In this document: piece by piece, positions 48,407 to 58,210 of the stretch | Layout of the letters: each line of letters starts with the position of its first letter | Position numbering within the stretch: the first letter of the stretch is position 1 | Assembly: GCA_944332525.1 (NCBI GenBank) | Contig: CALVKD010000022.1 | Coordinates: 2,392-66,391, forward strand | From: an uncultured Bacilli bacterium | GTDB taxonomy: Bacteria > Bacillota_I > Bacilli_A > RFN20 > CAG-449 | Length of the DNA: 64,000 bases | Direction of reading: 5' to 3' | Notes under the pieces: generated by a model | What the model saw: only the letters and a program-made list of their open reading frames with translations | Told to the model about the DNA's origin: nothing | The model's database searches: none | Translations under genes and position numbers: made by a program

Positions 48407-49081
48407 ATGAAAGAAACAAAAACAAGTTTACGCCAGGCCTTCACTAATCCGATTTTTAAAGAAAATCCGATTCTCGTGACATTATTAGGTCTTTGCCCGG
48501 TTTTAATCGTTACTGATACATTTGATAAATCTTGGGGTATGGGAATTGCTGTCTTATTAGTTCTTATTTTCACTAATATCTTCATTTCTCTTATTCGTAA
48601 GATTGTTCCTAATGAAGTTAGAATTCCGGTATTTATCGTTATCATCGCTTGCTTTGTTACTATTGTTGAGCGCTTGATGAATGCTTATACTCCTACATTA
48701 TATTCTTCCTTAGGTGTTATTATTTCGATGATTACCGTTAACTGTATCGTCCTCGGACGCGGCGAAGCATTCGCTAGCAAAAACGGTGTTCTTCCTTCTC
48801 TTCTCGATGCTATCGGTACTGGAATTGGCTTCTTCTTAGCTGTTTCCGTTATCGGTTTAGTTAGAGAATTCTTAGGCAAAGGTGGATTGACTATTTCTAA
48901 TCCTTTCACCGGAGTCGCTATTTTCTCAGCTTATCCATTAGAAGATTATGCTATTTCCTTCCTCTGCGATAAGGGCGGAGCATTCTTAATGCTTGGCTTA
49001 GCAGTCGGTATCTATTCTTACGTCAGAATTAAACTTGATGAAAGAAAAGAAAAGGAAGCTGCTCAAGTGGAGGTTAAATAA
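48407..49081 (+). CDS. rnfE: Rnf subunit E
   Basis: NqrD/RnfE-type 6-TM protein. Conserved LGLCP and TVNCIVLGR. Confidence 0.85.
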   Translation: MKETKTSLRQAFTNPIFKENPILVTLLGLCPVLIVTDTFDKSWGMGIAVLLVLIFTNIFISLIRKIVPNEVRIPVFIVIIACFVTIVERLMNAYTPTLYSSLGVIISMITVNCIVLGRGEAFASKNGVLPSLLDAIGTGIGFFLAVSVIGLVREFLGKGGLTISNPFTGVAIFSAYPLEDYAISFLCDKGGAFLMLGLAVGIYSYVRIKLDERKEKEAAQVEVK

Positions 49082-49083
49082 TT

Positions 49084-49716
49084 ATGGAAATTATTACCAG
49101 TTTATTAGTGGTCTTCATCACAGCGATGATTACCAATAACATCGTCCTTACTACCGGATATGGTATCTGCTCCTATATCGGTGTTTCCAAAAACAGAAAA
49201 TCGGCATTCGGCATGGGTGTCGCTTTAGTCTTTGTCGTCTTCATGGCGAGCTTAGTCTCTTATTTCTTAGAGATGCTCTTAGTAGCTTTGAATATTGAAT
49301 TTATGCAGACCATCTGCTTTATCTTAGTCATCGCTTCTTTAGTTCAACTCGTTGAAATGATCGTTAAGAAATTCTTACCTTCACTTTATAAGAGCTTAGG
49401 TATCTACTTACCATTGATTACTACTAACTGTGTTGTCTTATACGTCACAAAACAAATTTGCGATGTTGAGACAATTCTCACCGGATTAGGTTTATCTGGC
49501 AGCTTAGCAAACAATGGCTTCTTCAATTTCCTCTTCGCGATGGTTTATGCCTTAGGCACAGGCTTAGGATATTTCGTCTGTATCGTCTTATTCTCAACCA
49601 TCAGAACTAAAATCGATTATTCACCGGTTAAGAGAGGTTTCTATGGTGCCGGTATCGCTTTAGTTACAACTGCTTTAATGGCTCTTACTATCACAGGCTT
49701 AGCAGGAATTTTCTAG
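49084..49716 (+). CDS. rnfA: Rnf subunit A
   Basis: NqrE/RnfA-type. ITTNCVVL motif. Paralogous to rnfE. Confidence 0.85.
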   Translation: MEIITSLLVVFITAMITNNIVLTTGYGICSYIGVSKNRKSAFGMGVALVFVVFMASLVSYFLEMLLVALNIEFMQTICFILVIASLVQLVEMIVKKFLPSLYKSLGIYLPLITTNCVVLYVTKQICDVETILTGLGLSGSLANNGFFNFLFAMVYALGTGLGYFVCIVLFSTIRTKIDYSPVKRGFYGAGIALVTTALMALTITGLAGIF

Positions 49717-49717
49717 A

Positions 49718-49903
49718 ATGCGATATCTCTACATTCTGTTAGTGCTCATCGTTTTCGTTGGAGTCTTTTGCTTAATCTGGTATCTTAATTCTCGGACTAA
49801 GAAACCAGATGATTGCGGAGAACTTCCAGAAGAATGCCAGCACTGCAGTGTTACTATCTGTAAGAATCATCCTAAAGATCAGAAAACGGAGGAAAAGAAA
49901 TGA
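49718..49903 (+). CDS. 61-aa single-TM protein with Cys-rich tail (C-x5-C-x2-C-x4-C) inserted between rnfA and rnfB
   Basis: MRYLYILLVLIVFVGVFCLIWY TM helix, then DCGELPEECQHCSVTIC. 4-nt overlap (ATGA) with the rnfB-like gene. Confidence 0.45.
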   Translation: MRYLYILLVLIVFVGVFCLIWYLNSRTKKPDDCGELPEECQHCSVTICKNHPKDQKTEEKK

Positions 49904-50184
49904 TTTACGTTTACGCATGTATCGTTGTCGTTGTCGCCGGAATTATCTTAGGTTTAGCCTTAGGCTTAGCCGACAAATATTTAAAGATTGAAGAAGATCC
50001 ACGTAAAGACGACATTACAGCATTGCTTCCAGGTGCTAACTGCGGAGCATGTGGCTATCCTGGCTGCTCGGGTTTAGCCGAAGCTATGGTCGAGGGAAAA
50101 TCTACTAAAGCTAGCGACTGCAAAGTCATTAAAGGTGACAAGCAAAAAGCTTTACAAGATTATCTCGACAATATGAAGAAATAA
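49900..50184 (+). CDS. rnfB: Minimal RnfB: N-terminal TM helix plus RnfB-type 4Fe-4S domain only (94 aa), lacking ferredoxin domains
   Basis: TM helix, then NCGACGYPGCSGLAEAMVEGKSTKASDC (C-x2-C-x4-C-x15-C), as in the RnfB N-terminal Fe-S domain. The protein ends after this domain. Confidence 0.65.
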   Translation: MIYVYACIVVVVAGIILGLALGLADKYLKIEEDPRKDDITALLPGANCGACGYPGCSGLAEAMVEGKSTKASDCKVIKGDKQKALQDYLDNMKK

Positions 50185-50187
50185 ATT

Positions 50188-50430
50188 ATGGTGTTAGAAT
50201 ATACACCTAAGGGTACTTGCTCAAGAAAGTTTATTATTGAGCACGATGGGCAAAAAGTACTCTCTTTGCAAGTTATCGGGGGCTGCAATGGCAATTTAAA
50301 AGGCATTGCTGCTCTCGTTAAGGGCATGGAGATTAAAGAAGCTATTAGCCGCTTAGACGGTATTAAATGTGGCTTTAAAGATACATCATGTCCTGACCAA
50401 TTAGCCCAAGCATTAAAAAACTTACTATAG
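50188..50430 (+). CDS. TSCPD-domain small protein
   Basis: C-terminal DTSCPDQLAQAL signature. 80 aa. Confidence 0.6.
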   Translation: MVLEYTPKGTCSRKFIIEHDGQKVLSLQVIGGCNGNLKGIAALVKGMEIKEAISRLDGIKCGFKDTSCPDQLAQALKNLL

Positions 50431-50444
50431 AAAGGTATCTGTTC

Positions 50445-51617
50445 ATGGAAGAAAGAATCTTATTTACTTCTGAGTCGGTATCCGAAGGCCATCCTGATAA
50501 AGTTTGCGACCAGATTTCCGATGCCATTCTCGATGAAGTATTAGCGTTAGACCCTTTAGCGCATGTCGCATGCGAATGTTTTATCACACAGGATTTCTTA
50601 TTAATTGGCGGAGAAATTACTACATCTTGTAAAGTTGATTATGAAAAAATTGCTCGCGATGTATTAATTAAAATTGGCTATGTAAGCGATGAAATCGGTA
50701 TTGACGGGTATAATTGTAAGATTCTTAATCTGATCAATACCCAATCAAGCGATATCGCTCAAGGAGTTAATAGAGGTAAAATTGAAGATCAAGGAGCTGG
50801 TGACCAAGGTATTATGTTTGGTTATGCTTCTGATGATTCTGAAAACTATATGCCTTTACCAATCGTTATGGCTCATAAGTTAGTCCGCGTAGCATCATCA
50901 TTAAGACACGAGGGTAAATTTAAACACGCTCGTCCAGATATGAAGAGTCAAGTGACTATAGACTATACTGATACCACTCCGCGGGTGAAGACCGTTTTAA
51001 TGAGCGTTCAACACGATGAAGATGTCGATATGGAAAGCTTTAAAAAGTATATCCATGACGAAATCATGGTTCCGGTTGTCGCTTCATTTCACTTAAATAC
51101 TGATTTTGAATATTTAATTAATCCGACTGGAAGATTCGTTATCGGAGGACCGAAAGGTGATACGGGTTTAACCGGTAGAAAGATTATTGTTGATTCCTAT
51201 GGTGGCTCAGCAAGAGCTGGCGGGGGTTGTTTTTCTGGTAAAGATCCATCAAAGGTTGACCGTTCTGCAACTTATGCCGCGCGTTATGTCGCGAAGAACT
51301 TAGTCGCTGCTGGTGTGGCTAAGAGAATTGAAGTACAGTTAAGCTATGCAATTGGAGTTAGCAAACCAATTTCTATCGCTGTTGATACTTTCAACACCGA
51401 AACTCTTGATAAAAAGAAAATTTTAAAAATTATCGATGAAGTCTTTGACTTACGTCCAGGAATTATCATCCGTGATTTTTCTTTAACCAAACCGAGCTTT
51501 AAATATCAAGATTTAGCAACATATGGACACTTTGGACGTCCGGATTTAGATTGTCCGTGGGAGAGATTAGACAAAGTTGATTTAATCAAATCTCTCATGG
51601 TAAAAGAAAACTCCTAA
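50445..51617 (+). CDS. metK: S-adenosylmethionine synthetase
   Basis: N-terminal ESVSEGHPDKVCDQISDAILD, GAGDQG and the C-terminal GGGAFSGKD-like motif. Confidence 0.95.
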   Translation: MEERILFTSESVSEGHPDKVCDQISDAILDEVLALDPLAHVACECFITQDFLLIGGEITTSCKVDYEKIARDVLIKIGYVSDEIGIDGYNCKILNLINTQSSDIAQGVNRGKIEDQGAGDQGIMFGYASDDSENYMPLPIVMAHKLVRVASSLRHEGKFKHARPDMKSQVTIDYTDTTPRVKTVLMSVQHDEDVDMESFKKYIHDEIMVPVVASFHLNTDFEYLINPTGRFVIGGPKGDTGLTGRKIIVDSYGGSARAGGGCFSGKDPSKVDRSATYAARYVAKNLVAAGVAKRIEVQLSYAIGVSKPISIAVDTFNTETLDKKKILKIIDEVFDLRPGIIIRDFSLTKPSFKYQDLATYGHFGRPDLDCPWERLDKVDLIKSLMVKENS

Positions 51618-51630
51618 ACGGAGTTTTTTT
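51609..51630 (+). terminator. Rho-independent terminator overlapping the metK stop
   Basis: AACTCC-TAAAC-GGAGTT followed by TTTTTTT. Confidence 0.7.
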
Positions 51631-51642
51631 ACGGAGGAAAAT

Positions 51643-53064
51643 ATGACAAATTACGATGTGATTATTGTGGGGGCCGGTCCGGCTGGATATTTCTGCGCTT
51701 ATGAATTAATGGAAAAAAATCCGTCTTTGAAGGTTTTATTACTAGAAAAAGGCTATGATATTTATTCCCGTAAGTGCCCAGTTTTGGAACACAAACTTGA
51801 AAAATGTCCAATTAATAAAGAAAAAGTCTCTGGATGCTATCCAGCTTGTGCGATGACTAATGGTTTTGGCGGAGCTGGGGCTTATTCCGATGGAAAGTTC
51901 AATATCACCAATGAATTTGGTGGATGGTTAAACGAATATATTGATGAAGATGAATTATTATCATTAATTTCGTATGTAGATGAAGTTAACTTAAAATATG
52001 GGGCTACACCGGTAATTACAAATCCTTATACTAACGAAGTTAGAGATATCGAAAAAAGAGCAATTGCTGTTGGTTTAAAACTCTTGAGAGCAAATGTTAG
52101 ACATATCGGAACTGAGGATAATTTAGAAATTCTTAAACGTATTTATGAAGATTTAAAGAAAAAAATCGAAATGAAATTCATGACAAGCGTCGATGACATC
52201 ATTGTTGAAGATGGAAAAGTTATCGGGGTAAAAACAAAAAAAGAAGATTATTTTGGTAAATATGTTTTCGTTGCTGTCGGTAGAGAAGGCAGCCATTGGT
52301 TAGAATCTATGCTTGATAAACATCATGTCAAAATGACCAATAACCAAGTCGATGTCGGCGTTAGAGTTGAAACCAATGATATCGTTATGGAAGAAATTAA
52401 TGAAGCTTTATACGAAGGTAAATTTATCTATAATACCTCAGTTGGAACACAGGTTAGAACATTCTGCTCTAACCCATCTGGTCAAGTCGTTGTCGAAAAC
52501 GAAGCTGGAACGATTTTAGCTAATGGTCACGCATATAAAGATAAACGCTTAGGATCAAATAACACTAATTTCGCATTACTTGTTTCTCATAAATTTGATG
52601 AACCATTTGATCGACCTAATGATTATGCTCACTCAGTCGCTAGATTAGCTAATCAGCTTTCTTGCGGGTCGGTTATTGTTCAAAAATATGGTGATGTTCT
52701 TTTAGGCAGAAGAACAACAAAGAAGAGATTAGCTGATGGCTTTGTTAGACCGACGTTAAAAGAAGCTGTACCAGGCGATTTAGGTCTCTGCTTACCATAT
52801 AACACGATGAAATCAATTATCGAAATGATTGAAGCTCTCGACCACGTTACTCCAGGTATCGCTAATGAGCATACCTTATTATACGGGGTTGAGGCGAAAT
52901 TCTACTCCTCACGTCCAGTAGTTGAAAATACATTGGAAGTTAAAGGAATTAAAAATTTCTATGTTGGCGGCGATGGAGCTGGCTTAACTAGAGGCTTAGC
53001 GCAAGCCGGCGCTTCCGGAGTTTATGTTGCTAGAGAAATTGCAAAAATAGAAGAAGGAAAATAA
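51643..53064 (+). CDS. FAD-dependent oxidoreductase (COG2509-like uncharacterised FAD dehydrogenase)
   Basis: N-terminal dinucleotide-binding motif DVIIVGAGPAG. Second GG motif near the C-terminus (YVGGDGAG). Confidence 0.6.
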   Translation: MTNYDVIIVGAGPAGYFCAYELMEKNPSLKVLLLEKGYDIYSRKCPVLEHKLEKCPINKEKVSGCYPACAMTNGFGGAGAYSDGKFNITNEFGGWLNEYIDEDELLSLISYVDEVNLKYGATPVITNPYTNEVRDIEKRAIAVGLKLLRANVRHIGTEDNLEILKRIYEDLKKKIEMKFMTSVDDIIVEDGKVIGVKTKKEDYFGKYVFVAVGREGSHWLESMLDKHHVKMTNNQVDVGVRVETNDIVMEEINEALYEGKFIYNTSVGTQVRTFCSNPSGQVVVENEAGTILANGHAYKDKRLGSNNTNFALLVSHKFDEPFDRPNDYAHSVARLANQLSCGSVIVQKYGDVLLGRRTTKKRLADGFVRPTLKEAVPGDLGLCLPYNTMKSIIEMIEALDHVTPGIANEHTLLYGVEAKFYSSRPVVENTLEVKGIKNFYVGGDGAGLTRGLAQAGASGVYVAREIAKIEEGK

Positions 53065-53065
53065 G

Positions 53066-54343
53066 ATGCCAAGATTAGTTTTGGAAGGTGCCCAATGGGG
53101 CGATGAAGGTAAGGGTAAAGTAACCGATTACCTAGCTCAGAAAGCGGATGTCGTTGTCCGTTTCCAAGGCGGAAATAACGCTGGTCATACAATTGTCTTC
53201 AACGGACATAAGTATGCTTTAAAGTTAATCCCTTCAGGAATTTTTTCTCCGCATATTAAAAATGTTCTCGCGAACGGAATGGTTATCAATGTTGAAGCTC
53301 TTCTTAGCGAATTAGCAACTTTAGAGAGCCAAGGAGTTAAATCTTATCAGCTCTTTATCTCCAACCGGGCACAAGTGTTAATGCCTTATCATATTGATTT
53401 AGATGGAGCTAGCGAAAGCATTTTAGGCGACCATAAAATCGGTACAACAAAAAAAGGTATTGGACCATGCTATCAAGATAAGTATGCCCGCCTCGGTATC
53501 CGTATTGGTGATTTGCTTGATGAAGAAGCTTTAAAAGATCGCTTAGAGACCGTTTTGCCGTTAAAAAATAAAGAATTAGCGTCTTATGGGTTAAAGGCTT
53601 ATATCTATGATGAATTATTCTCTCTTTGCCGTAACTGGGGCGAAAAGATTAGAAAATTTGTAACCGATACTTCTATTTTATTAAACGAAGAAATCGAAAA
53701 GGATAGCAAGATGCTTTTCGAAGGCGCTCAAGGTGCGATGCTCTGCATTGAACACGGCACTTATCCTTACGTTACTTCTTCTTCACCAACAGCTTCTTCA
53801 GTGTCTTTAAACTGCGGTATTGCTCCTTTCTATGTCGATAATGTTTTAGGAATCATTAAAGCATATACCACAAGAGTCGGTGAAGGACCTTTCCCAAGTG
53901 AACAACTTAACGATATTGGCAATTTAATTAGAGAAAAAGGCCATGAATACGGCACAGTTACTAAACGCCCAAGAAGAATTGGCTATCTCGATACTGTGGT
54001 TATCAATCACGCGAAACGCGTTTCAGGCATTCGTCATTTATCAGTGATGTTACTCGATGTTTTAACTTCTGTTCCTCTAAAAATTTGCTACGCTTATGAA
54101 TTAGACGGCAAGGTTATTAATTATATCCCTTCTACCTTAGCTGAATATAAGCGCGTTAAACCTCTCTATGTTGAAATGGAGAGCTGGACAGAAGATATCT
54201 CAAACGTTAAATCATTTGATGAATTACCGGAAAACTGCAAGAAATATCTTAAGAAAATTGAAGAGTTAACTTCTTTACCAATTGCTATGTTCTCAGTTGG
54301 CGCGGACAGAAATAAGACCATCGTCTTAGAGGATCTTCTTTAA
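53066..54343 (+). CDS. purA: Adenylosuccinate synthetase
   Basis: QWGDEGKGK P-loop, GGNNAGHT and GTTKKGIGP motifs. Confidence 0.95.
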   Translation: MPRLVLEGAQWGDEGKGKVTDYLAQKADVVVRFQGGNNAGHTIVFNGHKYALKLIPSGIFSPHIKNVLANGMVINVEALLSELATLESQGVKSYQLFISNRAQVLMPYHIDLDGASESILGDHKIGTTKKGIGPCYQDKYARLGIRIGDLLDEEALKDRLETVLPLKNKELASYGLKAYIYDELFSLCRNWGEKIRKFVTDTSILLNEEIEKDSKMLFEGAQGAMLCIEHGTYPYVTSSSPTASSVSLNCGIAPFYVDNVLGIIKAYTTRVGEGPFPSEQLNDIGNLIREKGHEYGTVTKRPRRIGYLDTVVINHAKRVSGIRHLSVMLLDVLTSVPLKICYAYELDGKVINYIPSTLAEYKRVKPLYVEMESWTEDISNVKSFDELPENCKKYLKKIEELTSLPIAMFSVGADRNKTIVLEDLL

Positions 54344-55638
54344 TGATTGACCGTTACGCACGTCCAGAGATGAAAGAAATCTTCTCGCTTGGACATAAGT
54401 TTGATACATATTTAAAAATCGAATTAGCAGTTAGTAAAGTTTTAGCTGAACATAAAGTTATTCCTCAGGAAGATTATGAAAAAATTGCTAAGAACGCAAA
54501 AGTTAATCTGCAAGAGGTTTTAGAGTTAGAAAAAGAAACTAAACATGATGTAATCGCTTTTACCCGCAGCGTTTCTAATTCCTTAGGAGAAGAGCGAAAA
54601 TGGGTTCACTATCTTCTTACCTCTACTGATGTTGTTGACTCATCGCTCGCTTATATTTATAAAGAAGCTAATGAAATTCTTTATCAAGATTTATTAAAAT
54701 TAAAAGAAACTTTAAAAAATCTCGCTTTGAAATATAAATTTACTCCGCAGATTGGTCGGACGCATGGTATTCACGCCGATATTACTTCTTTTGGCTTAAA
54801 ATGGGCTTTATATTATGATGAACTAAACCGCGATATCCATCGTTTCTTAGAAGCTAAAAAAGATTTAGAAACGATTAAAATTTCTGGAGCGGTTGGTAAC
54901 TTTGCAAATATTCCTCCATATGTTCAAGATGAAGTAGCTGAGAGTTTAAACCTCAATTCAGCCTTAATTTCAACTCAGGTTTTATCAAGAGATAACCATG
55001 CGTATTACTTCTCAGTTTTGACAATTATCTCTTCTCTTTGCGAAAAAATCGCATTTGAAATTCGTTTACTGCAACAAACCGAAATTCATGAAGTTGATGA
55101 ATATTTTTCCAAAGGACAAAAAGGATCTTCGGCAATGCCTCACAAAAAGAATCCAATCTCTAGTGAAAACATCTGCGGATTATCTCGTTTAATGAGAGGA
55201 TACTTATTACCGATTCTCGAAGATAACGCCTTATGGCATGAAAGAGATATCTCGCATTCATCAGTTGAAAGAGTAGCTTTACCTGACGGCATCACTTTAC
55301 TTGATTATCAACTCAATCGGTTAAATAATGTTTTATCTAAGTTAATCGTTTATGAAGATAAGATGAAAGAAGATATCTATCTCACCCACGGAGTTATTTT
55401 CTCTCAAAGAGTGATGACGGAATTAATCGACAAAGGCTTATCAAGAGAAAACGCCTACGATCTAGTGCAAACTCTCGCCTTAAAATCCTATAATGAACAT
55501 CTCGATTTCCATGCTTTACTCGCGGATAATGAAGAAATTAAAAAACATCTTTCCGAAGAAGAAATCGATAGCTGTTTCACCTTAGATTACTATTTTAAAA
55601 ATGTTGATTTTATTTATAAGAAAGTCGGTATAAAATAA
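54343..55638 (+). CDS. purB: Adenylosuccinate lyase
   Basis: MIDRYARPEM N-terminus. Fumarate-lyase signature region SSAMPHKKNP. 1-nt overlap with purA. Confidence 0.95.
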   Translation: MIDRYARPEMKEIFSLGHKFDTYLKIELAVSKVLAEHKVIPQEDYEKIAKNAKVNLQEVLELEKETKHDVIAFTRSVSNSLGEERKWVHYLLTSTDVVDSSLAYIYKEANEILYQDLLKLKETLKNLALKYKFTPQIGRTHGIHADITSFGLKWALYYDELNRDIHRFLEAKKDLETIKISGAVGNFANIPPYVQDEVAESLNLNSALISTQVLSRDNHAYYFSVLTIISSLCEKIAFEIRLLQQTEIHEVDEYFSKGQKGSSAMPHKKNPISSENICGLSRLMRGYLLPILEDNALWHERDISHSSVERVALPDGITLLDYQLNRLNNVLSKLIVYEDKMKEDIYLTHGVIFSQRVMTELIDKGLSRENAYDLVQTLALKSYNEHLDFHALLADNEEIKKHLSEEEIDSCFTLDYYFKNVDFIYKKVGIK

Positions 55639-55646
55639 TCTTATCA

Positions 55647-55692
55647 AAGTTAAGATACATCAGAATTTATGATAGCATCTTAACTTTTTTTT
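55647..55692 (+). terminator. Rho-independent terminator after purB
   Basis: AAGTTAAGAT-loop-ATCTTAACTT followed by a T-run of about 8. Confidence 0.65.
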
Positions 55693-55750
55693 ATCTTTGA
55701 TATATAATAAAGGTACAAGATACCAATAGGTCATAATAGGAGGCACAAAT

Positions 55751-56305
55751 ATGAAATGTCAGATTACTGGTAAGAATATTACCGTCACCGATGCGATGAG
55801 AGATGTCATCACTCAAAAGTTACATCGGATGGACAAATATTTTGTCACAGATGAAGAAGTTGAAGCCAAAGTTTTGACAAGAACTTATAAAGATGCTCAA
55901 AAAGTGGAAATAACAATCTTCACCAAAATGATGGATTTCCGGGTTGAAGTCAAAGATAAAGATCTCTATGCCGCGGTCGATATAGCTATCGATAAACTTG
56001 AAGGACAGATGAGAAAATTAAAAACTAAACTTTCTAAACGCCATAAAGAAAATCTCGGTCGGGCAATCGCTTTTGAAAATTTCCAAAGCGATGAAGAAGA
56101 AGCTCAAAATGATGAAGTCGTCAGAGTTAAGGAATTAACTCTTGAACCGATGGAACTTGAAGAAGCTATCACTAAGATGGAAGCTCTCGATCATAATTTC
56201 TTCGTCTATCTCGATTCTGAAGATGAAAAATTATCCGTTGTTTATAAACGTGATGAAGGTGGTTACGGCGTTTTGGAAGTCGTTTCACCGGAAGTTAAAA
56301 AGTAA
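55751..56305 (+). CDS. hpf: Ribosome hibernation-promoting factor (long HPF)
   Basis: N-terminal RaiA/YfiA domain (ITGKNITVTDAMRDVI), acidic linker and C-terminal dimerisation domain. Confidence 0.9.
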   Translation: MKCQITGKNITVTDAMRDVITQKLHRMDKYFVTDEEVEAKVLTRTYKDAQKVEITIFTKMMDFRVEVKDKDLYAAVDIAIDKLEGQMRKLKTKLSKRHKENLGRAIAFENFQSDEEEAQNDEVVRVKELTLEPMELEEAITKMEALDHNFFVYLDSEDEKLSVVYKRDEGGYGVLEVVSPEVKK

Positions 56306-56315
56306 TTTTCTAATT

Positions 56316-56348
56316 AAGGGTTACCTAAAAGAAAGGTAATCCTTTTTT
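56316..56348 (+). terminator. Rho-independent terminator after hpf
   Basis: AAGGGTTACCT-loop-AGGTAATCCTT followed by TTTT. Confidence 0.6.
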
Positions 56349-56406
56349 AATGCGCTTTTCTTTGCATTTATTTAAATTTTTTAATAATATTTTAAAAGGT
56401 GAGAAT

Positions 56407-58146
56407 ATGAAAAAACTTAAATTATCTTTTTTGTTAGTCGCATTAGGAACTTTGTCAGCATGTCAGGGCAACAATCCTTTTAATCCAAGCAATAATGAAT
56501 CCTGGTATTCAAATACTATTAAAACGCAGATTATCGGTATGTCAGGCGATCCAGTTCAACCTTTTGATAAAGAAACTAACAGTATGCTTAATCAATTAGA
56601 CGCGGTCATTTCGCCTTTTGATACGACTATTTCCGTGATTCGTTATCAAAATAATCAAAATTTTTCGGATATTACTTCGTTAGTTAGAAATAATTTTAGC
56701 GAATTACATGCTTATTTTGATTCGCATTACGATTATAAAATTAATGGAAATTTAATTAATAATCTCAAAACTATCAATGATCATTATGGCGATGGAGAAT
56801 TTATTGAAGTTAACGATGATTTATATTCAATTTTACAGACTGCAGTTGAAGTTACTGAAGTAGCGGATGGCTATTATAATGTCGGTATCGGTGCACTTTC
56901 TGATCTTTGGAAAGAATATATTAATTATAATAAAGGCAATACTTCTTCTGCTCGTCCGATTTATCGTAAGCTCTATACGAGTGCCTTTATGATGGAAACA
57001 TTATTTAATTACGATATTACATATGCTGATGAAGAAAAAGGAATTTATGAAGCAATTCTTTTATTAGTTACTGATTCAAGTACTTTTGAAGACAGCCAAA
57101 ACTTAGCTTATCATCTAAAATTTATTAACGGTGAAGAAGAAGCTGATATTCTTTTAGGATTTAATAACCAATTAAAAATTAATGCTTATACTTTATTAAA
57201 CGGTGATGAGCTTACTTCTTTAGCAAATTTAAAAGAAAATGCAGTTAGCAGCCAAATTAAGAATTTTACTAAAGGAAGCAATTTAACAATTTTTGGTGAC
57301 AGCAATCTCGATTCTAAGTTCACTCAATTTTTAGATAACGTAATTAATGATGCTTCTGCGCGTCTAGAAAAGACGAAAAAAGGTATGGTTCCAACTGCTA
57401 GTGAAGTAGCGACCGCTAAATCAGCTGTTCCATCTGGAAAAGAAATTTCTTCAATTGTTGAATTTAAAGAAGAAAATAATAAAAAGTATGTCAGATTAAA
57501 CAAATTAGAAGGCGCAGAACAAGATGTGAGATTATCGCTTGGTTCTATCGGTAAAGGTTATGCTGTTAAGAAAATGCAAGAAAAACTTGATCCAAACGGA
57601 ATCGCTTATGTTAATGGCGGTGATTCTTCAGTTTCGACAATTAACGATAATATGTTTGGTGCATGGAGATTAGCCATTACCAATCCGTTACATGGTGAAG
57701 CGATAAATCAAGGCGATAAAGTAACTGCTCAGAAATATAATTCAGCAGAAATGCGTTTAAGCCGTCAGGGAAGCTTCTCTTTCTCAACGTCAGGCGATTA
57801 TGTTAACTGCTATTTTGATAGCGAAGGGCAGCGTTATCATCACATCATCAACCCAGTTACCGGTTATCCTTCAAATACTTTCCGGACAGTTTCCGTCGTT
57901 TGCTCAGATTCAACTTTTGCTGATGCTATTACCACTGGATTAATGGCGATGACCATGGATGAAGGTAAAGAATTTATTAAAAATTTACGTTCTCAGTACT
58001 CTTTAACTATTTATCCGATTTGGACAGTTCAAGATGGTGCTAGCTTAAAAGTTTATGCGGATAAAACCCTTGAAGGACAATTAAAAGTTGATCGCGGACA
58101 GGAAACACAGAATATTGTTACTAGTTTAGAGTTTATTGAGGTATAA
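56407..58146 (+). CDS. apbE: Lipoprotein FAD:protein FMN transferase (ApbE family) with ~300-aa N-terminal extension
   Basis: Lipobox LSACQG. C-terminal ApbE domain (SLGSIGKGYAV, DxxHHIINP region). The ATG at 56407 with RBS AAAGGTGAG is preferred; the ORF-track start 56350 overlaps the hpf terminator. Confidence 0.75.
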   Translation: MKKLKLSFLLVALGTLSACQGNNPFNPSNNESWYSNTIKTQIIGMSGDPVQPFDKETNSMLNQLDAVISPFDTTISVIRYQNNQNFSDITSLVRNNFSELHAYFDSHYDYKINGNLINNLKTINDHYGDGEFIEVNDDLYSILQTAVEVTEVADGYYNVGIGALSDLWKEYINYNKGNTSSARPIYRKLYTSAFMMETLFNYDITYADEEKGIYEAILLLVTDSSTFEDSQNLAYHLKFINGEEEADILLGFNNQLKINAYTLLNGDELTSLANLKENAVSSQIKNFTKGSNLTIFGDSNLDSKFTQFLDNVINDASARLEKTKKGMVPTASEVATAKSAVPSGKEISSIVEFKEENNKKYVRLNKLEGAEQDVRLSLGSIGKGYAVKKMQEKLDPNGIAYVNGGDSSVSTINDNMFGAWRLAITNPLHGEAINQGDKVTAQKYNSAEMRLSRQGSFSFSTSGDYVNCYFDSEGQRYHHIINPVTGYPSNTFRTVSVVCSDSTFADAITTGLMAMTMDEGKEFIKNLRSQYSLTIYPIWTVQDGASLKVYADKTLEGQLKVDRGQETQNIVTSLEFIEV

Positions 58147-58210
58147 TTTTATTAACTGTTTATAAATAAAACAGTTATAATATTTATAGGCAGGGAAGAA
58201 AGAATTTTTT

